Source: Camelus ferus (Eukaryota). Taken from it: 64,000 bases of DNA. The stretch covers positions 121,212,001 through 121,276,000 of the forward strand of contig NC_045696.1 of NCBI RefSeq assembly GCF_009834535.1, written 5' to 3'. Below the pieces are notes generated by a model. The model was given only the letters and a program-made list of their open reading frames with translations. It was not told the DNA's origin and searched no databases. Position numbers and translations under genes: made by a program. Positions 53,890-64,000 of this stretch are shown here, in pieces. Numbering within the stretch: the first letter of the stretch is position 1; the number at the start of each line of letters is the position of its first letter.

Positions 53890-54850
53890 CGTGCTAAATC
53901 TGCTCTTGTCAATGTGAGGGCCTTCTCAATGTCCCACAGTGGTAATTCCAACGGTCAGTGTCCAGCCCTCCCCTTTCTTGACCCATCATCAGCCTTGGAC
54001 ACAGCTGATCACTTCCTGCTCCTTCATGGACTTTCTATACTTGGTTTCCAGTACCTGACACTCTGCCGGTTTCCTTCCAAATCACTGGACATACACCTTC
54101 AGAGTCCTCTGGTTGTTCTGCATGTCCTTGAGCTCCAGGCAAGGTGTGCCCGGAGCTGAGTGTCTGAGCACCTTCTCTTCTCTAGCCGTGCTTGTGCCCT
54201 CATGCCCTGGGTCAGCTTTCTCTTTCTCAGCACGACTGACACTTGGGCCACACAGTTCCTGGTTGCGATGGGATGATCTTGTGCACTGCAGGGTGCACTT
54301 AGCAGCACCTCTGCCCTCTATCCACTGCATGCCAGCAGCAACCACCCCAGTCACTCCCAGTTGAGAACCATTGTCCTAGGTAATCTCATCTGTTTCTATG
54401 GATTTAAAAACCACCAGCAAGCCAAAAATACCTGAGTTTACATCCCAAGTTTACATCTTCAGTTCAGAACTTTCCTCTGCCGACCTCTCCACCTGGGTGT
54501 CTAACACGTACCCTCCGTTCAAGTCTTCAACCCCCAACTTGCTCCTCCTGTCGTCCTATGCATCTCAGTTAATGGCATCGCTCCCTTCCAGTTGCTCAGG
54601 CAAGACTTCTCTCTGTCACTCTCCACATTCAGTCCTCTAGGAAATCCTGTCAGTGGTGCTTTAAAGCCATATCCACAATCCAGGTCTATCTCATCAATTC
54701 CACTACACCCTTCCTGGTCCAAGCCACCATCTCTTGCCTAAATTACCGCAACAGCCTCCTACCTGGTCTCTTTGCTTCTACTCGTGCCTCTCCCTAGTTC
54801 CACCTCTTCCCACTGTCATTCCCACTCTGCTGTGGGAATCCTTCTGATGC
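53890..54850 (+). mobile_element. L2 fragment interrupted by MER20 (~54215-54373)
   Basis: L2 motifs (gacacagctgatcacttcctgctcc, ctccacctgggtgtctaa, tcctggtccaagccaccatctc). MER20-like cttgtgcactgcaggg...cccagttgagaaccattg. Confidence 0.8.
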
Positions 54851-54939
54851 AGAAGAAACATATTCTTCTCAGGAGCACGTGCAATTTTTACGAAAAAGGA
54901 TCAGAATAAGATAGACCATACCTGTGACTACTAGTAAGT

Positions 54940-55240
54940 TAAAAACTGATTTTAAAACACAACTACATCCCCATATGTTTATATTTTAAGTTCACTAATC
55001 AAAATAACTCATAAAAATAATAGTAGAAACTGAAAATAACTTGGAACAAGATCACAATGAAGATACTGAATATCAAAATTTGTGTAGTGTAGTGAAAATG
55101 ACCCTTTAATGAAAGTTTAAAGCCTTAAATATTTATATTAGTGATATAGAAAGGTTAAAAACTGATAAGCCAAATGTTCAACTTATATATATTTTAAAAA
55201 GAACAGAATAAAGCAAAAGAAAGTAGAAAGAAAAAAAAAT
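54940..55240 (+). mobile_element. Ancient L1 ORF2 fragment
   Basis: A-rich, gaatatcaaaatttgtg...gaaagtttaaagccttaaatatttatatt. Confidence 0.55.
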
Positions 55241-55574
55241 TTGCAGATGATTTTGGTTCAAGCTCTACCCCACCCCCCGCCCTATTTATTTTGTAACATT
55301 ATTTTTAAAGGGCACAGAGAATTCCATCATTCAAGTCATTCTCTTGTTCCTATCACCTTTCATCTATGTTGAGCGTTTCATTTTAAAATATAAAATCCAT
55401 GATGATTTCCATAGAATAACTTTCCAAAAAGAGGACTATGAGGCTAAAAAATGTGCATATGCTTAATTAAGGTCTTAGATATATTTGGAGATTGTTACAG
55501 TTAGCCATATTCATTTCAATTAACATTGGAGATTATACCACAACCCTAGGTACACTTAATAACAACCTCTTTGA

Positions 55575-56290
55575 AAAAGGAACCATCCTACACTGTTATA
55601 AATGTAAACTGTGCAGCCGCTATGGAGGACAGCATGGAGTTTCCTTAAAAAACTGAAAACAGATTTACTATTATGATCTAGCAGTCCCTGTTCTGGGCAT
55701 ATATCTGGAAAAACTCTAATTCAAACAGACACATGCACCCCAACGTTCATAGCAGCACTATTTACAATAGCCAAACTACAACGGAAACAACATAAATGTC
55801 CATCGACAAATGACTGGATAAAGGAGATGTGATATACATACACACACACACACTGGAATATTACTTAGCCATAAAAAGAATAAAATAATGCCATTTGCAG
55901 CAACATGGGTGGACCTGGAGATTATTATACTAAGTGAAGCAAGCCAGAAAGAGAAAGACAAATACCATATGATATCATGTACATGTGAAATCTAAAAAAG
56001 TGATACAAATATTATTTACAAACCAAAAATAGACTCACAGACATAGAAAATAAATTATGGTTACCAAAGGGGAAAGGGCAGGGGAGAAATAAATTAGGAG
56101 TTTGGGATCAACAGATACAAACTACTGTTTACAAAACAGATAAACAACAAGGACCGACTATATAGCACAGGGAATTATAATCAATTTCATGTAATAACAT
56201 ATCATGGAAAATAATCTGAAAAAAACATACATGTATAACTGAATCGCTTTGCTGTACACCTGAAACTAACATTGTAAATTGACTACATGT
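55575..56290 (+). mobile_element. 5'-truncated L1
   Basis: aaggaaccatcctacactgtt...gctgtacacctgaaactaacattgtaaattgactac. Confidence 0.92.
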
Positions 56291-57315
56291 TAGTAATAAT
56301 ACAAAATAACAACTTCCTCCTCCTAGTCTTGACCTTGCACTTCGTGCCACGTAACAACGTGTCCTCCCTACCAACAGGCACATTTATTCCTCAGATACTG
56401 GAAACACATTCAATAGTCTCCTGAATTTCGCATAATATTCCGAACATGCATTAACTGACTTAATACGTTTAGAAGATATGAATGCCAAGATTGGCAATCG
56501 TTTTGCCAAAGCCTCATCCATAGGAAATGTAGATTAGAGAGAGTGCTTCACTCTGGATCATTTCCCCAGGTAGAGCTGTCAGAACCAATGAAGAAAGTAA
56601 GTAATCAAGCTCACTTATTATCACAATCCAATCTGCTCAAACTTCAGCCAGCAAAGCAATTCGAGGGGCAATTAAACCTGGGTATCCAGTTAAGGGGCCA
56701 GTAATATTCAGTAATTTCATAGTCAGTCCGTATTTGCTCATCTCCGTTCTTGAGGTGAACGTTTCAGATGGGGTAAATATGATTACTTCTCCCTTAAACC
56801 TACTCTGACCTTCAGTATTGCTGTTCTTGAGCCTGACAATATCTTATAACTGGAAGGGAGATTAGAGGATAAGGAGATAAAGAGGAAGCAATGTTCTTTC
56901 TGAATTCATGTCAGAAACTACTGTTTAAAGAAGCTCAAGCTAAAGAGATTCTTCCTTGGTTTTATATCATTATTTCATAAACTGAAAGTATCTGAAGTGT
57001 AAAATGAAAGGAGTGGGCATGGCTTCTCTTGGCCAAGGAAATTACTGGACACTAAAAATATCTGGAAACATCAAATGGTATTCAGATGCAGTCATGTGAA
57101 CTTTTAAACTTTAGATTCTTTTACTGACAGCTTATCCTTTTGCAAACCTGATAATCATAGCCTTTTAATGGAGGACATCACTCAGGATCAAAAGTGAATT
57201 CAGACTTTTAGAACACTTTTGTATGGTTTCTGTTGAAGAAGTCTTACTGCACATTCTAGCATTTCTTTCAAATGTGGATGCAGCAACCTCTTGCCATTTA
57301 AAATAGATATCAAAG

Positions 57316-57891
57316 TGCATGCCCCTCAATGTTCACAGCAGCACTATTTACAACAGCCAAGACATGGAAACAACGTAAACGTCCATCAACAGATGACTGG
57401 ATAAAGAAGTTGTGGTATATTTATACAATGGAATACTATTCAGCCATAAAAATAAAACAATAACATTTGCAGTGACATAGATGGACCTGGAGATCATCAT
57501 TCTAAATGAAGTAAGCCAGAAAGAGAAAGAAAAATATTATATGATATCACTTATAAAAAAAAAACTAATGAAATTATTTACAAAACAGAAATAGAATCAC
57601 AGACATAGGAAACAAACTTACAGTTACCAGTGGGGAAAGGAAGTGGAAAAGGATAAATTGGGAGTTTGAGATTTGCAGATACTAACTACTATACATAAAA
57701 TAAACAAGTTTCTTCTGTACAGCACAGGTAACTACAATCAATACCTTGTAGTAACCTATAATGAAAAAGAATATGAAAACAAATAAATGTATGTACATGT
57801 ATACCTGAAACATTATACTGTACATCAGAAATTGACACAACATTGTAAACTGACTATACTTCAATTAAAAAATGGAAAACAAAAACAAAAA
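57316..57891 (+). mobile_element. 5'-truncated L1 with perfect 17-bp TSD
   Basis: TSD taaaatagatatcaaag at 57299-57315 and 57892-57908. Confidence 0.95.
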
Positions 57892-58614
57892 TAAAATAGA
57901 TATCAAAGAAACAAAATTACAAAAAAACTCAGAAAACCTGCTGGTCCTAGAATGATTTAGCCTCATCATGAATGGAAGCCCCCAACTTCGTCAAATTATC
58001 CTAATAAGTGACTTAGACGGGATCACTTCTGGACTGGCCCTAAAAGTGGCCCACAATTTAAGAGAAAATAGACTATCCTAGATGATCAATTTGTAAGTTT
58101 TCTAAGTATCCTAACTGCACGTGGCTAGTGGCTACCTTCCAAGTCAGCAGTGACACTGAACATTCCATTGAACACAAAACAGAACATTGCAGGAAGTTGT
58201 ACTGGACAGTGCTAGCTGAAACACACTCATCTGATATTCTGCATAAAGGTGAGTAGGATTTAGGCTGAGGAGTAAATGCCTACAGAGACCAGGAAGGTAA
58301 AGTACATGGGTAGAGTAACCGAGAGTAAGACTAGAGAGAGGTTGAGTACCTCTGCTGAACACTTCCAGAGAAGTGTCCGCCCCGCTCCCTGCTTTTATCA
58401 GCCAGGTCTGTGATCCCACAGGGCCCTGAGAACACTCCTGCTCATTTCAGTAAAACTGTGGGCCTTGTAAGGTATTAGCTTATCTTGTCTTTCAGGGAAA
58501 ATAACAGACTTGAAATGCAAACGTACTTGTGAAATCCAAACACAATTTCACGCGTCAGTGGCCATTTAATGGCCTTACATAATCGAGGTATATGATTTTG
58601 ACATAGCCAGTCCC

Positions 58615-58770
58615 ATAGTTTTCAAACTTTACAGCGCATCAGAACCACCTGGAGGGCTTGAATTTCTGTTTCCGGAGGTCTTGGGTGGTGCCTGAGATTT
58701 TGAATTTCTAACAAGTTCCCTAATGATGCTGGTGTTACTGATTAGAGGCTCATACTTTGAGAAACACTAA
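58615..58770. mobile_element. MER5A hAT MITE
   Basis: gcatcagaaccacctggagggcttg...tttctaacaagttccctaatgatgctg...tactttgagaaacact. Confidence 0.8.
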
Positions 58771-59640
58771 GTACTTGCTAATTGCTCTTTTCAGCTTAGG
58801 CTACTCCATGTCCAGTTTCTAGCTGTGAGTCACCTTCGTGTTGATGAAGAAGAGGCCATTCATATGGAAAGTAAGATTCCAGAATGAAGAACCAGGAGAC
58901 CTTGTTTTTGTCTCAATCCACTGATTGAACCTGCAACCTGAAGCAAGTCGTAGGATCCTCTGGGCCTTAGGAGAACGGGAAATGTCTAAGGATGTTCTGG
59001 ACTGTAGACAAAATCAGCAGGGATATCAGGGGGCATAATCAAGGCAGCTCAGGAAAAGTTTGAAACAACTGAGTGTTTAAATGGCTCTCCAGTAACGGGC
59101 AGAAGCAGAGAAACGGCAAACAATTTATTCCAGCTTGAGATAATCCAACTGCAGCTCAATAAAAACCAGTTTCAGATAATGAGGGACGAGGCTTAAGTGT
59201 GACACTGTACTAACAAAATGCCTCTGATGAACTGGGACTGGGAGTCTTCTGCCAAGAGAGACGCTGGAGGTACCAAACCACTGCCGCTCAGCAGAGAAAA
59301 CAGGAAAAAGCTGGGAGACTGACATCACCTTGGGGAGAAGTTCTCCAAACTGAAAGACACAGGATGTCTTAAATCACACTTCCACTATCCATGCCCTATC
59401 CACCTGTGGTGTCTAAACTGAATCTGCACATGGCTTGAAATAAAATGAGGCCTTCAGCACTAACAGCTTCAGTTATCTATGCAGAAGCCCTGTTGGCAAC
59501 TAATTACAGATGGTATCTCCACATCTTTCAGGTTTAGCCACTTTTTCTTGGAAATCCTGACACTCTTTACGGGAGTGGCTGGTGTCTCAGAGGACACATG
59601 TACACTTCATTTCATTTGGTTCTTGGCCAATAAAACATCT

Positions 59641-59890
59641 TTTAAAAAAAAAACTGAAGTAGAGTTGATTTACAGTATTGTGTTAGTTTCAGGCGTACAG
59701 CAAAGTGATTCAGTTATACATAGACACACATACATATATATATATATTCTTTTCATTCTTTTCTTTTATAGGTTATTACAAGATATTGAATATAGTTCCC
59801 TGTGCTCTACAGTAGGTCCTTGTTGTTTATCTACTTTCTATACAGTAGTGTATATATATTAATCCCAAATTCCCAATTTATCCCTCCCCC
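59641..59890 (-). mobile_element. L1 3' end with imperfect TSD
   Basis: Reverse L1 3' motifs; aataaaacatctt / agtaagacatctt flanks. Confidence 0.88.
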
Positions 59891-62800
59891 AGTAAGACAT
59901 CTTAATGAATGATCTATCATAACATCTAATACAGATAATGTAGCCGTGCTCCCTGACCACTTATTGTATGCTGAGCGAGTTGTTTGTATTACCTCTAATC
60001 CTCAAGGCAGCTCCATAAAGCAGGTACTGTTTCATGCCCCGATGGAGGTCGAGAGAGGTAAAGTATCTCATCTAGTCATAAATTAAACAAGATTCAAAGC
60101 TGCAAATGCAGAGTCTGGAGAAAGTGAGCTGTGAGCTGGGTTTTCACTTTCTGAAGTCTCAGCATTCAGAGCCTTTGCAGCACAGATCTGGCTGCCCTGA
60201 CTGTGTGGCCCTGATGGCTAAGAAGGCACTGCTAAAATAAAGGTCCCACAGAACAATCTAAAGTGCTTTTCAGACTTTGTCATTGACTCAAAAAATGTTA
60301 CTGGGAAGTGGGTGGGGGCAGGCATTACCATCTTTGCTTTGTAGGCGATGCAATTTAAGAACAAAAAGGTTATTTGTCCAAAGTCAGTAGGAAGAGTTTC
60401 AGAAGTGTGAGTAGAACTCAGACCTTGATCTTGGAGAAGGACCCAGGAAGTGGAAGAAGTCCTCCATAAAAGGCCGTTCTTTTCAACATCTGCAGAATAT
60501 CCAATTTCTAACACAGGGTATTACTTTGTACAGAAAGAGGCCAGAATCTCACTCTTTGTGATTCACTAAGTATACAAAGTCTGCTGCAAAAAGGTGACAA
60601 ACTATACACAAATAGAAGGAAAAGAACAGAAAACCTTTCTCTATATATCAGGCTAAGATAGGAAGGGCTCTGGTTATATGTCTCTTAAAACATACAATGC
60701 CCCCAAGAATTAAGCATCAGGCCAAAGAGTTTTCCTCCATCCACAGCATCCTATTTCTTAATATAAAATGCAACGAAATTATCTAAGTACTTTGGATAAT
60801 TTTATTGATAACTTTCATTGAAACTGTTCTGTGAAACAAAGAAAACTCTTTTCCCTACCTATCGTAAAAGCAGAAAAACTCATGAGGTTGAATTCTGTCC
60901 TCAGGAAACCTCATAAAACCTCTCCCATGTCTCCAAGGCCCAACAAATGTCACTCAGATAGTGAGTCCTGCTGAGGACAGCAGCGGTGTACCCTAGCATC
61001 AGGAAACCACCTCAGCTCCAGGCTAGTAGCATCCTTTGACATGTTCTTTGGCAATCTGGAGAAGCAGTAAATAGGCAAATTGAAGAAAAAAAGAAAGGCA
61101 AGCATGTAAGGATGAGGAAAGGGCTGGGCAGCCAGTGATGAGAGCTGGATACCATCTCCAGGCTCAACTGCTGCAGGGTGACGTCTTCGCTGCCTTGGAA
61201 ATCACTGATGATGCAGAACTCTGGTCCACGGATGGCACCATTCTGTCATCTGAACCACGAGCCCCCCGCCCTTGGGAGCAGAGCCTCAAGGGAAAGATGG
61301 GGGAAGAGGAGCTTTCTACTCTGGCCCCAACTGTCTCATAACTGCTATTCGGATCCAGAGGAAACTCTGAAGGGTAAAACAGCTCCCAACCACTGTCAAG
61401 ATACTGCTTTGGCCAGACAACAAGTTTGGCCTTGCAAATTACAGCTGGAGTGAAGGACGGAGCCTGGGGATGCTGGAAAGCAAATAGCAAACTAGAATTT
61501 CCTGATTCTCATCCTTTGGAGCACATTAGATACATCCCCAGATCTGTTAGAAATCCCAGCAAATCTGACTGTTGGGGACCCCTGTCGAGGCTGCCTGTGC
61601 CAATTCCTCCAGACGAGACTGGGTTCCCAGGAGAGCCCTGACCCCGAGGACCAGGCACCTGCTGGTGGAGAAGAGAGGTGGGAAGGGATGCAGGTGAGGG
61701 AAGGAGGGAAGCCTGGTTAGTGCTTCCACTTCTGCCTGCTCTGTCATCCCTGATCCTGCTGTATGTCCTTTCTCCTCCCTTGTCCCGTCTCATGGTCCAG
61801 GGAGCAGATCTTTGAATCTAAGAAGAGGGGTACGTGGAAAACTAATATGAAGTTGCTGGAGGAGGCTGATTCTGTAGTGAAAAAAAAAAGTCTGGAGTTT
61901 GAATTCAAGGTTTGAATCTGGGCCCTGACCTTATCAGATATTTGACCTTGAGGCTCTGAGTGAAACACCAATAACAATACCTACCCTGCAGGGCTGAGGA
62001 CAGGACTTAATATTACTCAAGTGAGAAACTGGAGAGGACTCTTAATCCCCTCTTTCCTCTCTCCTCTTTCCCATCTGATATCTAGACAATCACTCCTTCC
62101 TGTGAAATGTGTTGCCTAAATAGTCTCCAAATGACTCCTCTGCTCTCTTACCCTTGACGCCTCTGCACTTCAGGGCCTCACTCTCTCTTGCCTGGACCAC
62201 AGAAACACCGTAACTGTTTTTTTTTTTTTCCCCTTGGTCAAGTCCATGGAGTCAGATTAACTATCAGAATGTGAGTCTGACCATATCTTTCCTCCCTCAC
62301 ATCCCAGGACAGGGGGTCCTACAGATTTTTCTTTCCCTGGTATTTCTGCACTTAAAAAAAATCTGAATATAAAGCAAAATGCCAAGATGTTATCATTTGT
62401 TACATCCAATTAGAGGGTATGTAAGTGTTAACTGTATTATTCTTTCAACTTTTGCAGTATCTGTCAAATTTTCCATAATAAAAAATCGGAAAAAAATAGC
62501 AAAAAAAAATCTGTGTGCTTCTACTTTCATCTTTTCTCCTCTTTTTGTTTTTCTTGCTTATACCTTACTATTGGGCTCCCTCGTTACACTGTGAAAGTCC
62601 TGTTGGTGGAGACGTGCATCTCTGAACCTCCAGAAACCAGCACGGGGCCTCACGGAGACTAGGTCTTGAATGGAGATTTATCTATAATTGAATGAATGAT
62701 CACATATTTAATATATTAAGGAAGCTGGCACTTAAAAGACATTCAGCAAATGATTATCACTTGCAAGGAAAAGATCTTTGCAATTGAGATGATTTTGAAG

Positions 62801-63859
62801 TTTCTGGTTTTACTCCCTGATGGCAGTCTTTTAATGTAGATTATTAAGGCTGTTTTGACATAGAGGAGGCAATCCAAGATTTGCTGAATGAATGAGTAAA
62901 TAAGTCTTATGGAATCAGGGCAGGTACGATTATCTTCATCTGACTAAGGAAGACAGCAAGGCTTAGAGAGGGTGGTATGAAGCTCTGGGACATGCCCAAG
63001 GCGGTCCAATCACCCGGAAGCAGGTAGCAAAGTCAGAAGCAAGTGCTGGTGTTCACCTGCCATTTCAGTCCTGGCAAAGTCCTTCCTCACCAGGACACGA
63101 TGCAAGCACGGAAACCGAGAATGTTCCTCTTTGCTCTCTGTCCTTGGGGTTGCTTAGTGATGGACTTGCAAGGCCTGGGACTTGGAAACACAGGGGCAGC
63201 AGCTGCTAGGAGAGCAGTCACCAGGTGAAAAACTGATTTGCAAAGAGCAGCAGTTCGGGGCGTGGCAGGTCACAGCAGAATGAATGGGAGGTCATGTCAA
63301 GCTGCCTCCAAGAGCTTCAAGCTTCGCTGATCTTGAATCATCCAACTGTTTGAACTCTGCAGCCCAAGAGCTGCTCTGGCCACAACAGACGGTCTCATGC
63401 AGACTCCTCATGTAGAAGTAACAACCACACAGAGACCCCACTGCTGCCGCCTAACAGACACAGACCGTACAGAGCACTATGCCAGGCCCCAGCCCGGAAC
63501 AGAGAAGGAACATCTCAACTTTCTCCTCATAAGACCAGGTGTTAGCTCTGTCCTAGAAGGTGTGGAAGAAAGCTCACTACAGTGTGGTCTCTGAAGATGG
63601 TGGTGGACCAAGTCCCTCCTGTCGGGGAAAGACACGCTATGGTCATTCCTCTGAGCCAAGTTGTGTGTGAGGGCAGGGCAGCCTGATGGCTGTCCCTCTT
63701 CAGGACTTATCCGAAGGCAATGCGCAAAGTCAGTAAACATTTAATGAGTGAGCAGAAAAGGGAGTGTGGAATTTCTTTTCTGGTGTAGGATTCTATCAGG
63801 TCATTTGGCTACAACAGAAGAAGGGAAGTTAGAAGAAATGGCTTTACTCTCAGCTCCAA

Positions 63860-64000
63860 GCTGATGTTCAGGGCCCTCACCTTTTATTTCTGACTGTGGA
63901 ATCTGGGGCAGGTTGCTTACTCCCACTGAATCTCAGTTTGTCACCCTCAAATAGGTACAAAAATACCAACTGCACAAGGTGGGGAGGATTAAATGACATC
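63860..64000 (+). mobile_element. MIR SINE (runs to window end)
   Basis: tggggcaggttgcttac...ctgaatctcagtttgtcacc...gaggattaaatga. Confidence 0.7.

Overview
Mammalian genomic DNA, most likely a camelid (camel/alpaca/vicuna), judged from six copies of a tRNA-derived SINE resembling camelid Vic-1. The window lies inside a copine gene on the minus strand, which I identify as CPNE4 from recalled protein sequence. Four internal coding exons (21871-21773, 16796-16710, 15255-15196, 6976-6843; 99/87/60/134 bp) have canonical AG/GT sites and join in frame. They encode the end of the C2B domain and the start of the vWA/copine A domain. No start or stop codon of the gene is in the window, and 21872-64000 appears to be one large intron. 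The rest is intronic and rich in repeats: L1 3' ends, SINEs, MIR, L2, MER/Charlie DNA transposons, MaLR/ERVL LTRs, microsatellites and a 7x44-bp minisatellite. I found no novel multi-gene system, and nearly all ORF-track entries are spurious. The best second-look items are small structural events: a SINE copy carrying the flank of another SINE 6 kb away, a SINE-L1 chimera, a twin-primed inverted L1 with nested insertions, a MIR-derived minisatellite, and inverted L1s bracketing two in-frame exons. Repeat family names come from recalled consensus sequences, not a database search, and repeat boundaries are approximate.
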